In this document: piece after piece, positions 36,954-46,153 of the stretch | Layout of the letters: every line of letters starts with the position of its first letter | Position numbering within the stretch: position 1 is the stretch's first letter | DNA from: an uncultured virus (IMG/VR IMGVR_UViG_3300027963_003549) | Taxonomy: Duplodnaviria; Heunggongvirae; Uroviricota; Caudoviricetes | IMG/VR virus record: IMGVR_UViG_3300027963_003549 | Reading direction: 5' to 3' (one strand) | Length of the DNA stretch: 64,000 bases | Notes under the pieces: model-generated | What the model saw: only the letters and a program-made list of their open reading frames with translations | Database searches by the model: none | Told to the model about the DNA's origin: nothing | Made by a program: the position numbers and the translations under genes

Positions 36954-38933
36954 TTATACTAATTTTACATAAAAAGTATCACCACTTTCACTTGTAATTG
37001 GATCGGTAGCTTCAGTTGTTAATAACACATATTCAGGTGTGTAATTACAACTAGCACAAAACAAATCAAGTAATGAAAATTTATTTTTTAATATTCTGAA
37101 ATTATGTTGTATTTCAGGGACAGATAATGGTTGAATATAAAACCTAAATTGGGATATCGATCCATCAAATGTTCCTGCAAAATTCTTTTCTATTATTATG
37201 TTATTTGTTAACGCACTTAAACTAGTTCCACTTAAAACACTATCAGGGAATAATTGGGGATCTTGTTGATACGTCCAAGTACCTCCACTAGTCTGAGCAC
37301 TAAATGTTAAATTTTCTCTCAATCCCTGTGTTCCACCACCCCAAGATAGATTGAATGGTACACCAACCTGTCTTTCCCGTTTAGTGTTAAGGGGTCTCGG
37401 TATAATTTCTTCAAAATTGTTTAAGACAAAAAATGGTTTTCCATTTACTGAAATTTTCAATTTTCCAATTCTATCTGATTTTTGATCCAAAAACTCTCTG
37501 TTAATGTTGATTATTTCTTCCATTGCTGGTGAAATATTATCGTGAGTTATTGGTGGTCTAACCAAAGATATTGAATTGTTTGCTGCAGTAGCAGTAAATG
37601 CTGAATAACTAATGTCCCCTAAACCACCTCTCCACAACAAATCACAATCATCATAGTATGAATTTCTTTCAAACGTCGCATCAATCAAAACCCAATGAGG
37701 ATATTCCACAAAAGTTGTACCTGTACATGTATCATAAATTCCTTTACTTGAACAATATGTAGATACCGTGTATCCACTCGAATAGGTTAACCCAGTGTTG
37801 AAACACGACCCTGTGGTAATACAAGAACCGGTAAAATACAATACCCTAACACAAATATTAGGATTTAAAGGATTTCCACTAAACATAATTGCTAAAGAAT
37901 TAGACATTGAATCATATAATGGGTCTTTAATTGGATTTTGAATAGTTTGTTCTGAAATTTTAGGTCTTGAAAAATAATTGATGATGTGTTCGGTAGTTGT
38001 TCCTGTTTTTGGATACACCGTAACACATGTTGAATTTGTTATTGCACTATTATAACAGGCACTTGTACTTAAATCTGTTAATCCTGATGTAACAGGGGTA
38101 TAACCACTGGCTGAACCTGACAAAGTATAGTCGGCCGGATGATAAAATTTATCTTCAGCCCTTGTTCCCATATAAAAAAATATGTTTTTATTTTCAGGAT
38201 AAATGGTGTTTAAATTTGTTTCACTAGGTGATGGTTCATATTCGGGAATAACTCTAGGTTTTAAAACCATTTCCATAGTCCATCCCTTATGATACCTTTC
38301 AGGGATAACCTCGTAATCATATCCAAATAGTTTATAAAATCCTTGATAAAAAGATCCGTATAAATCATTATAATAACCCTCATTATATCCATTTTGAGAT
38401 ACTATTCCATAATCTGTTGTTGCGGTTATTCCACTGAAATATGAAGATAGTGTGGGAACCATAGATCTAACCTGAAACATTTTAAATCTTCTATCATATG
38501 AGTATCTGTCAAATTTTTGTGAATTAGGTAATAAACCTCTTGTATATGATATTGATACACCAGTAAGTCCTGACATTAATCCATTATCAGTACCTGTAAG
38601 TCCAATATCATATAATGTTTGACTTGAGTAACAACCACCACTTAATGAAGTTGCTGGAATATTGTCAGGATTATAATAACTTTTGGATATTAAAATATTA
38701 TTCAAGTTATAAGAATAATAATCTAATGTTAGTTGTTGATTACAATCTTCAGAATCTAAATCTATATTAATTGGTAATTTATTCCCATCATTAACACCAA
38801 TAACTTCGTTAGAAAAAACAACTTCTTCATTAAAATCTTTTTCATCTGAGGTTAATGAAAGATCAGAAATATTCACAGCAGGTCTTAAAAAAACCTTTGG
38901 AAATACGTATTGATTTATATTTTGATATGCCAT
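36954..38933 (-). CDS. Putative virion structural protein with LamG/ConA-like features
   Basis: GWTMEMVL..LKISVNGK..FDGSISQFRFYIQPLSVPEIQHNF. Start moved to ATG 38933, just after a TATTTAT motif. Confidence 0.55.
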   Translation of the reverse strand: MAYQNINQYVFPKVFLRPAVNISDLSLTSDEKDFNEEVVFSNEVIGVNDGNKLPINIDLDSEDCNQQLTLDYYSYNLNNILISKSYYNPDNIPATSLSGGCYSSQTLYDIGLTGTDNGLMSGLTGVSISYTRGLLPNSQKFDRYSYDRRFKMFQVRSMVPTLSSYFSGITATTDYGIVSQNGYNEGYYNDLYGSFYQGFYKLFGYDYEVIPERYHKGWTMEMVLKPRVIPEYEPSPSETNLNTIYPENKNIFFYMGTRAEDKFYHPADYTLSGSASGYTPVTSGLTDLSTSACYNSAITNSTCVTVYPKTGTTTEHIINYFSRPKISEQTIQNPIKDPLYDSMSNSLAIMFSGNPLNPNICVRVLYFTGSCITTGSCFNTGLTYSSGYTVSTYCSSKGIYDTCTGTTFVEYPHWVLIDATFERNSYYDDCDLLWRGGLGDISYSAFTATAANNSISLVRPPITHDNISPAMEEIININREFLDQKSDRIGKLKISVNGKPFFVLNNFEEIIPRPLNTKRERQVGVPFNLSWGGGTQGLRENLTFSAQTSGGTWTYQQDPQLFPDSVLSGTSLSALTNNIIIEKNFAGTFDGSISQFRFYIQPLSVPEIQHNFRILKNKFSLLDLFCASCNYTPEYVLLTTEATDPITSESGDTFYVKLV

Positions 38934-38938
38934 TATAG

Positions 38939-38965
38939 ATAAATACATACTTACTGAGTATTTAT
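38939..38965. promoter_or_regulatory. Back-to-back TATTTAT motifs (putative divergent late promoters)
   Basis: GTATTTATCT on the minus strand (core 38945-38939) and GTATTTATAG on the plus strand (core 38959-38965), each just ahead of a start codon. Confidence 0.65.
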
Positions 38966-38980
38966 AGTAAAAAAGTGTAA

Positions 38981-39826
38981 ATGAAATCAACCACTTTAAA
39001 ATTTGAAAACAATAATCTAATAATCACTATTATGGAATCTAGTGATGAGATTATCTTACGTTATAACTTTACAGATACTTTGAATGAATCAAAAAGTAAA
39101 ACAAAATCTGTGAAACTGAAAAAAGATTCAAAAGGAGATATTAAAAAACTTATAAAAAAATTAGGAACTAAAAAGTTCTCAAAAGATGATATCGATGATG
39201 AGGTTCTTAAAATTAAATCAAAGGGTGAGGTTAAAGAATTAATTGATGATGATGGTAGTTTTTCATCCTCAAGAATTCCTATTATTGACCCTAGACTTGC
39301 TCCGAAAAAGACTATGGACCAGACTGTTGCTATGACACGTCAAACTATGAACCCCATACTTAGAGGGTATCGTGTTTATTATGGTGAATCGGTAGTCAGA
39401 GAGACTGATATGTCTGATGCTTTTGGTTATGAGGAAACTAAGGACATGAATGGAAAAGAAACTTTCAAATACTTTAGAGAAAAATTGGGGTTAGATCCTA
39501 TTGAGGCGGTTGATAGAACAAAACAACAAGGTAAAGATCCTTTTGGTAAAAAAACAAAAAACGCACCTAAAAAAATTAGAAAACAAAAAGGGTTTATAGA
39601 TCGAATGACTTTATCTGAAAAAGAATCTTTAGAAGAGGTTGAAAAACAACGTATGTTAGATATGTTAGAAAATTTACTGAAAAAAAAATCTGAAGATCGT
39701 GAAATATATACAGATGAAAAAAATATTTCTAATAATTTGAAAAAACAAATTATGAATATTAAAAAACTTGCAGACAAAAACAACATTAACCTAAAAGATT
39801 TAATTGATTCAATTTACGATGAATAA
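38981..39826 (+). CDS. Hypothetical Lys/Glu-rich protein
   Basis: ORF track, 281 aa. First gene of a tightly coupled operon. Confidence 0.7.
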   Translation: MKSTTLKFENNNLIITIMESSDEIILRYNFTDTLNESKSKTKSVKLKKDSKGDIKKLIKKLGTKKFSKDDIDDEVLKIKSKGEVKELIDDDGSFSSSRIPIIDPRLAPKKTMDQTVAMTRQTMNPILRGYRVYYGESVVRETDMSDAFGYEETKDMNGKETFKYFREKLGLDPIEAVDRTKQQGKDPFGKKTKNAPKKIRKQKGFIDRMTLSEKESLEEVEKQRMLDMLENLLKKKSEDREIYTDEKNISNNLKKQIMNIKKLADKNNINLKDLIDSIYDE

Positions 39827-40277
39827 GAAATTATACGGAAGGGATTTTGAAGTACCCGGTGAAGTTGTGGAGTATTTAGATAAATGTTTTAATAATGTTA
39901 AAACAAAAGATGAATCTATTGAGGGGTATAAACGAAATCGTGATTTAGTTAAAAATAAAAAGGTCTCTTACTCTGTATTAAAAAGAATTAAGAATTTTTT
40001 TGATTCTTACGAAGGTAATAAGAAAGACGCGCCCTTTGTATTAAATGGTGCTGACTATATGAAAAATTGGGTAAATAATACTTTGGAACACAATAGAAAA
40101 AAATTAAAAACAACAAATCAACATAAAGAAGACGCAGGAATTGATACTGAATACATTGAAAAGTTCAGTTCTCAACAATTCAAACCTCGTGACGTTAAAC
40201 GAGATTTGACAAATATGGATATTCAAGTTACAGAATCTTTAAAGAGAATAAACGAAATAATGAAAAAAATTCTTTAA
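39819..40277 (+). CDS. Hypothetical protein
   Basis: ATG 39819 overlaps the upstream stop. Ends in VTESLKRINEIMKKIL. Confidence 0.7.
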   Translation: MNKKLYGRDFEVPGEVVEYLDKCFNNVKTKDESIEGYKRNRDLVKNKKVSYSVLKRIKNFFDSYEGNKKDAPFVLNGADYMKNWVNNTLEHNRKKLKTTNQHKEDAGIDTEYIEKFSSQQFKPRDVKRDLTNMDIQVTESLKRINEIMKKIL

Positions 40278-40278
40278 T

Positions 40279-40572
40279 ATGGCATATGAACCCTTAGATT
40301 TTTCACAACCTAATAACGAGTTGTCGAGAATCGCTGAAGAACAAAGAAAAAAACTAATACCTAGGAATGATTTCAAACCATTGGTTAATGAATACTCACA
40401 AACAAATCCTGACGCAGTTTCTGATGGTGATGATATGGGTAGAGGAACTGGTACGTTTTTAGATGTTTATAATAACAATGGTGGTACCATTGTTGACATC
40501 AATGAACGAAAAAATGAAATTAAAATTAATAAATACAAACAATCTAATCCATACACAATACCATCTGATTGA
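40279..40572 (+). CDS. Hypothetical protein (97 aa)
   Basis: ORF track, coupled within the operon. Confidence 0.65.
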   Translation: MAYEPLDFSQPNNELSRIAEEQRKKLIPRNDFKPLVNEYSQTNPDAVSDGDDMGRGTGTFLDVYNNNGGTIVDINERKNEIKINKYKQSNPYTIPSD

Positions 40573-40979
40573 TGAAACTATTTAATATTTTTAAAACTCT
40601 AATTACCGAACAAGCAAGTATTGGCACGATTACTGATGCTATTAAAAATAAAAAAGTGCTTATCATTTACTATGATGGTGATGAACCTGGTGGTCGCGGT
40701 CTTCGTGAAATAGAACCCGTATGTTATGGATATTCAAAAGCAAACAATCCAGTATTAAGAGCTTGGGATAGAGAAGGTGCGTCACACAAAGCTTATAAGG
40801 GTGAAAAACCATTACCATCTTGGAGGTTTTTCAGGTTAGATAAAATTCAATCAATTAAACCTACTGGAGAAAATTTTACTGAAATGCGACCAAATTTCAA
40901 TCCAAGTGGTGACAAAAGTATGAAACGTGTTATTATTATTGCTAAATTCGATAATCCCGCACAAGTACAAGAAGTATGA
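40569..40979 (+). CDS. Stand-alone WYL-domain protein
   Basis: AIKNKKVLIIYY..REIEPVCYG..LRAWD..WRFFRLDKIQSIKPTGENF. Confidence 0.8.
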   Translation: MMKLFNIFKTLITEQASIGTITDAIKNKKVLIIYYDGDEPGGRGLREIEPVCYGYSKANNPVLRAWDREGASHKAYKGEKPLPSWRFFRLDKIQSIKPTGENFTEMRPNFNPSGDKSMKRVIIIAKFDNPAQVQEV

Positions 40980-41551
40980 AAACAGAAAATGATTTAATTC
41001 AAAAACTTATGGTTTCAAAAGCCATAATGGACAAACACCAAGGAATCAAAAGAGGAAATGTTGATTCAATGGTACTAACAAGTAATATCCCAACCGTAGA
41101 AGGTTATGAACCAGTAAACGCAACTTACAACATTCCACAAGAGTTAATGTCTGAGATGCCCATACCTTCAACACCAAAACCTTCTGGTCCATTAACCAAA
41201 GAAAAGGTTCTTGGATCAAAACTACCAGATGAAATTAAAAGACTAATGTTGGAACACCCAATATCACAACCTCAACAATTTAGTCCAACATTGTCTGATG
41301 AAGTAGTTGAGAAAGCAGCAAGACTAATGGGTACAAAAAAACCTGTTAATGAAACTTATCCAACTAAAAAAGAAACAATAATTCGTGAAGATAATGGTGA
41401 AGACATTAAAAAATTAATGAAAGAAACTATTCACGAAGTATTAAAGGAAACGGGTTTGATTGGTGGTCAAAATACAAAAGACACTATAACAATTAAAGTC
41501 GGAAATCACATATTCCAAGGAACAATTAATAAAATAAAAAAAGTATCTTAA
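40976..41551 (+). CDS. Hypothetical protein (191 aa)
   Basis: ORF track. Last gene before the terminator. Confidence 0.7.
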   Translation: MKTENDLIQKLMVSKAIMDKHQGIKRGNVDSMVLTSNIPTVEGYEPVNATYNIPQELMSEMPIPSTPKPSGPLTKEKVLGSKLPDEIKRLMLEHPISQPQQFSPTLSDEVVEKAARLMGTKKPVNETYPTKKETIIREDNGEDIKKLMKETIHEVLKETGLIGGQNTKDTITIKVGNHIFQGTINKIKKVS

Positions 41552-41556
41552 CATAC

Positions 41557-41582
41557 CCCCGACCAAAAGTCGGGGTTTTTTA
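41557..41582 (+). terminator. Rho-independent terminator
   Basis: CCCCGAC-CAAAA-GTCGGGG followed by TTTTTT, just after the stop at 41551. Confidence 0.9.
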
Positions 41583-41627
41583 TTTAATAATTTAATTTTT
41601 TTTGTTATACTTTATAAAATTATTTTT

Positions 41628-42845
41628 ATGAGTAAATCGAAAATTAAAGTATTAGTTATCCCATCTGATAGAACTGGTGTGGGTAAATTTAGATCTGTAG
41701 ATCCACACGTTTTTTTACAAAACTTATATCCTGAAGACTTTCACGTAGATATAGACTATAATCCAAATATGCAAGACATCCCATTTTGGATGAACTACCA
41801 AATTGTACATATTCATAGGGTAATTGCTGGAAAATATGAAGAAACTGAAAATTTTATTAGAATTTTAAAAACTTTGGGTATTATTACAATAGTTGATATT
41901 GATGATTATTGGTTACCTACAAAAGAACATCCAATTCACGAGATAATTCGTGTTAATAAAATACACGAAAAAATTATATCTATTTTAAAAGTTGCCGATT
42001 ATATAACAACCACTACACATTTCTTTGTTGAGGAAATTAAAAAATACAATAAAAACGTTGTAATTTTTCCAAATGCGATTAATCCTAAAGAACCTCAATT
42101 TAATGAGCCTACAAAACCTTACGATAAACTAAGGATTGGTTGGTTAGGTGGTTCTTCTCACTTACACGATTTGATGTTCTTAAACGATTGTTTTAATAAA
42201 GTAAGTCCAATTAAAGACAAAATGCAAGTTTATATTTGTGGGTTTGATACTAGAGGTACAATGACTGAAATAAATGAACAAACTGGTGAACAGAAACAAA
42301 GACCTATTAGACCTGAAGAAACTGTTTGGTTTGAGTATGAAAAAATATTCACAAATAATTATTCATTAATTTCTGATGAATACAAAAAAGAATTAATGAA
42401 GTTTAAACCTGAAATTGTGGGTGATTATTCTGATGAATATTATCAAAGAGTTTGGACTAAACCTGTTACATCTTACGCTAAAAACTATTCAAAATTTGAT
42501 GTGTCATTGGCACCAATTAAAGATCACATATTCAATAGAGTTAAATCACAACTTAAGGTAATTGAGGCAGGGTTTTATAAAAAAGCATTAATCGCATCAA
42601 ATATCGGACCTTACACAATTGACTTGAAACATTGCTTGGAAAATGGTAACTTTGTAAATGGAAACGCACTTTTGGTTGATGAACAAAGAAACCATAGTGA
42701 TTGGTTCAAATACGTTAAAAAATTAGTTGATAATCCTAATATGGCTTTTGATATGGGACAAAGACTATATGAAACAGTAAAAGATATTTACGATTTGAAT
42801 CAAGTTACCAAAACAAGGGCAGAATGGTATAAAACTTTAATATAA
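41628..42845 (+). CDS. GT-B fold (GT4-like) glycosyltransferase
   Basis: DIDDYW, IGWLGGSSHLHDL, FDVSLAPI..FNRVKSQLKVIEAG..IASNIGPY. Confidence 0.8.
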   Translation: MSKSKIKVLVIPSDRTGVGKFRSVDPHVFLQNLYPEDFHVDIDYNPNMQDIPFWMNYQIVHIHRVIAGKYEETENFIRILKTLGIITIVDIDDYWLPTKEHPIHEIIRVNKIHEKIISILKVADYITTTTHFFVEEIKKYNKNVVIFPNAINPKEPQFNEPTKPYDKLRIGWLGGSSHLHDLMFLNDCFNKVSPIKDKMQVYICGFDTRGTMTEINEQTGEQKQRPIRPEETVWFEYEKIFTNNYSLISDEYKKELMKFKPEIVGDYSDEYYQRVWTKPVTSYAKNYSKFDVSLAPIKDHIFNRVKSQLKVIEAGFYKKALIASNIGPYTIDLKHCLENGNFVNGNALLVDEQRNHSDWFKYVKKLVDNPNMAFDMGQRLYETVKDIYDLNQVTKTRAEWYKTLI

Positions 42846-43543
42846 TGATTAACACACCTCTAACAAAACTTTTGTTCTTAGACATTGAAACCGTCGGAAC
42901 CGAAAAGGATTTTTTCCATTTCACAAAAAATTACCCAAGAATATCTGAATTTTTTATTAAAAACAGATCTTGGTTAGATAAACGATATCCTGAACATCAG
43001 GAATCAACGATTGAAGAATTATATCTTAGTGTTTCAGCACTAATCCCTGAATTTGGAAAAATCGTATGTGTTGCGGCAGGATTTGAAGATCCTAACGGGA
43101 ACTTTGTTACAAAAATAATTAGTGGTGAGGAAAAACATATCCTGAAAGAAACTCATTCCTTACTTAATAAAGTACAAGGAATGGGTTTTTGGATATGTGG
43201 ACACAATGTTAAATCATTTGATATTCCATATATCATAAAAAGAAGTTTAATGAATGGCATTAAACCATCAACACTATTACCAACACCCGATACTAAACCT
43301 TGGGAAGTAAAAGCGGTGGATACTAAAGAATTTTGGCAATTGGGTAATTATACCTCACTTTGTTCATTAGATCTAATGTGTGCGTCAATGGATGTTGAAT
43401 CTTCCAAAGATGGTGAAGTAACAGGAAACAATTTACACTTTTCGTATTGGAATACTGATAGTCAAGAAAAAATAAACGAGTACTGCGAAAAAGACATCAA
43501 GGTGCTATATCAAGTAGTAAAGAAATTTTATGAGCTTAAATAA
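42845..43543 (+). CDS. DnaQ/PolB-like 3'-5' exonuclease
   Basis: FLDIETV, GHNVKSFDIPYI, YCEKD (DEDDy motifs). Confidence 0.85.
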   Translation: MINTPLTKLLFLDIETVGTEKDFFHFTKNYPRISEFFIKNRSWLDKRYPEHQESTIEELYLSVSALIPEFGKIVCVAAGFEDPNGNFVTKIISGEEKHILKETHSLLNKVQGMGFWICGHNVKSFDIPYIIKRSLMNGIKPSTLLPTPDTKPWEVKAVDTKEFWQLGNYTSLCSLDLMCASMDVESSKDGEVTGNNLHFSYWNTDSQEKINEYCEKDIKVLYQVVKKFYELK

Positions 43544-44171
43544 TGAAGAAAACTTCCAAGATGATTTTAATTTGGAAGACGATGAAGAATTTATTCAAAT
43601 TCAACAAGAACTTGCCGATCTTTTAGAGAGGTTACAAAAAGGTGAAAAACTAGATTTATTAGATGGTGATAACCCATTCGATATGTTGGATTCATTAAAT
43701 CAAGGTGATTTGGAGAAAATCCCATTGGGGTATGAATTTTTAGTTAATAATGAGGAACTAAAGACACAAATATTACCAAGATATAATTATCACACTGATT
43801 CAGGTTTTGATTTATTTAATGCTGGTCCTCACATAACAATTGAACCTTTTGGAAGATCTTTGGTGTCCACAGGAATCAAATTGGATATTCCTGTAAATTG
43901 TGAAATACAAGTTAGACCAAAAAGTGGTTTAGCATTGAAACAAGGTTTAACTGTTTTAAACACACCAGGGACAATAGATCAAGGTTATACTGGAGAAATC
44001 CAAGTTATACTATTCAATACAACTAATAATTTAGTTTCTATCCCAACAGGAATGAAAATAGCACAAGCGGTTCTCTGTCCTGTATTCCAAGGGGTAACAG
44101 TTGATTTAGTTGAGAAGTTGGTTAATGATGGTGAAAGGTCTGATAATGGTTTTGGAAGTACAGGAATATGA
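43530..44171 (+). CDS. dut: Trimeric dUTPase with an acidic N-terminal extension
   Basis: DSGFDL, RPKSGLA, GTIDQGYTGEI, KIAQAV, RSDNGFGSTG. Confidence 0.92.
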   Translation: MSLNNEENFQDDFNLEDDEEFIQIQQELADLLERLQKGEKLDLLDGDNPFDMLDSLNQGDLEKIPLGYEFLVNNEELKTQILPRYNYHTDSGFDLFNAGPHITIEPFGRSLVSTGIKLDIPVNCEIQVRPKSGLALKQGLTVLNTPGTIDQGYTGEIQVILFNTTNNLVSIPTGMKIAQAVLCPVFQGVTVDLVEKLVNDGERSDNGFGSTGI

Positions 44172-45376
44172 TTACAATAGGATATAGTACAAGAAGTCAT
44201 AAACCTGAATTTATTGAGTATTTGAGGGGTGTCGCAGGACACCCAAAAGTACAAATTATTGAAAAAATAAATAATGGTGAAAGATCTTTGAATCATGTTT
44301 ATAATGAAATTATAAACGAAGCTGAATTTGATATTGTTGTGTTATGTCATGATGACATTTATTTTGACTCTAAAAGTTTCGCAAAAAAAGTAGAAAAACA
44401 TTTTTCTAAATCAGATTTTGGAATATTAGGGGTTGCAGGAACTACAGAAATACCAAAATCAGGTATGTGGTGGGAAAATAGGAAAAAAATGTGTGGTATT
44501 GTAAATCATGAACACAATGGTAATAAATGGGAAAGTAAGTATTGTGACGATATTAACAATCAAATTAAGTCGGTATGTCTTATTGACGGATTATTCATCG
44601 CATTACATAAAAAAAGAATAAAAAAATACTTTAATGAAGAACTAAATGGATTTCATTTTTATGATGTTTATTTTAGTTTTATGAATTTTAATTTGGGTGT
44701 TAAAATAGGTGTAATTTTTGACGTAAGAATAACTCACTTATCGATTGGGATGACAAACGAATCTTGGGAAACAAATAAACAAAAGTTTTCAAAGGAAAAT
44801 GAACAATTATTACCAATATCATCAAAACCTCATTCAGAAGAAAAATTGAAATTAATGGTTTCTTTCACTAGTCAAAATTGTACTAATGAAAAAGAAAATT
44901 ATATAATTAAACTTTGTACATCTTTGAAAAATAATGGTCATGAGGTAAACATATTAACAGAACATTCTTCTATACTATCATTAATTCTTAAAAAGAAAGG
45001 ATTTAAGTGTTTTCCTATTACTGAACCACCAGGTTTTAAATTAGGGGATGGTAAATTTTCAGTACAAACACCAGGAGGTCTTGTGTTATCTAAAATCAAT
45101 GAACTTTACCCGATAAAAGAAGTGACTTATGATTATATAATTTGTTTTGATACTATGATATCAAAATATATTAACACAATTTACAATCAAATTGATAAAA
45201 TTCAAATTGTTACAAACTTTAATAAAAGTGAAAATAAGTTTGATCCTAACTCAGTAACAAAATTTATAGTTGATGATATAAACACAAAAGAGTATTTGTC
45301 TGAAGTTTATGAAATAGATTATAAAATATCGGTAGGAGACATAATCGATGATTATAAAATAATTTATAATGATTAA
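44168..45376 (+). CDS. GT2-like glycosyltransferase fused to a partial GT-B-like domain
   Basis: YNEII..LCHDDI..GILGVAG..IDGLF..FHFYD; C-terminal LKNNGHEVNI. Confidence 0.7.
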   Translation: MITIGYSTRSHKPEFIEYLRGVAGHPKVQIIEKINNGERSLNHVYNEIINEAEFDIVVLCHDDIYFDSKSFAKKVEKHFSKSDFGILGVAGTTEIPKSGMWWENRKKMCGIVNHEHNGNKWESKYCDDINNQIKSVCLIDGLFIALHKKRIKKYFNEELNGFHFYDVYFSFMNFNLGVKIGVIFDVRITHLSIGMTNESWETNKQKFSKENEQLLPISSKPHSEEKLKLMVSFTSQNCTNEKENYIIKLCTSLKNNGHEVNILTEHSSILSLILKKKGFKCFPITEPPGFKLGDGKFSVQTPGGLVLSKINELYPIKEVTYDYIICFDTMISKYINTIYNQIDKIQIVTNFNKSENKFDPNSVTKFIVDDINTKEYLSEVYEIDYKISVGDIIDDYKIIYND

Positions 45377-46151
45377 AATTTTAACAGGGTGGTCCAATGA
45401 GGGTGGATCAACAACAGCTTTTATAAATTTAACTAATGAGTTTAATAATCGAGGTATTGATTGTATTTTATATGGCCCACATGATTGGCATTTAGATAAA
45501 TGTAGATCAGATAAGAGTGAAAATTTAATTATGAATAGTGATGATAATCTTATTTTTCACTTTGTATCACTCAATAATAGACCAAACGTTAGAAAATCTA
45601 TTTTATCTTGTCATGAAACAAATGTTTATGAGGTATCTAAGGTTAGAAAATTTTGGGATGAAGTGGTTTTTGTAACAAAAGATCAACAATCTTATCATAA
45701 AGATTACAATGGTCCATTCAGAATTATCCCTAATGTTATGGAAAAAATTGTAACTGAAAAAAAAAGTGAACTAGATAAAATTGCCGCAATAATAGGATCA
45801 ATAGATCCAAATAAACAAACACACGTATCAATATATAGAGCACTTAAAGATAAGTGTGATAAAATATTAATTTTTGGTAAAATAACCGATGATAATTATT
45901 TTAACACATTAGTTAAACCTCTATTAAATGATAAAATCCAATATATGGGGTTTGTTAATAACAAGAATGAAATTTACGATAATGTTGGTAGGGTTTATTT
46001 ATCCTCAAAACGAGAGGTAGCACCGTTAGTTAGAGATGAATGTTTAACAACAAATACTAAATTTTTCGGAAACGATATGACAAATGGTAACACTTATAAT
46101 TTGAATAATGATCAAATAATTGATTTGTGGTGTAATATGTTAAACATTTAA
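45369..46151 (+). CDS. GT-B (GT4-like) glycosyltransferase
   Basis: GGSTTAF..IGSIDPNK..YMGFV..SSKREVAPLV..E. Confidence 0.65.
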   Translation: MIKILTGWSNEGGSTTAFINLTNEFNNRGIDCILYGPHDWHLDKCRSDKSENLIMNSDDNLIFHFVSLNNRPNVRKSILSCHETNVYEVSKVRKFWDEVVFVTKDQQSYHKDYNGPFRIIPNVMEKIVTEKKSELDKIAAIIGSIDPNKQTHVSIYRALKDKCDKILIFGKITDDNYFNTLVKPLLNDKIQYMGFVNNKNEIYDNVGRVYLSSKREVAPLVRDECLTTNTKFFGNDMTNGNTYNLNNDQIIDLWCNMLNI

Positions 46152-46153
46152 TT

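Noticed and set aside
36291..36962. 223-aa plus-strand ORF
   Set aside because: Antisense shadow of the repetitive fibre gene, with no independent motifs.
38934..38990. Longer start for the 678-aa ORF
   Set aside because: It would overlap the divergent gene and both TATTTAT motifs. ATG 38933 is preferred.
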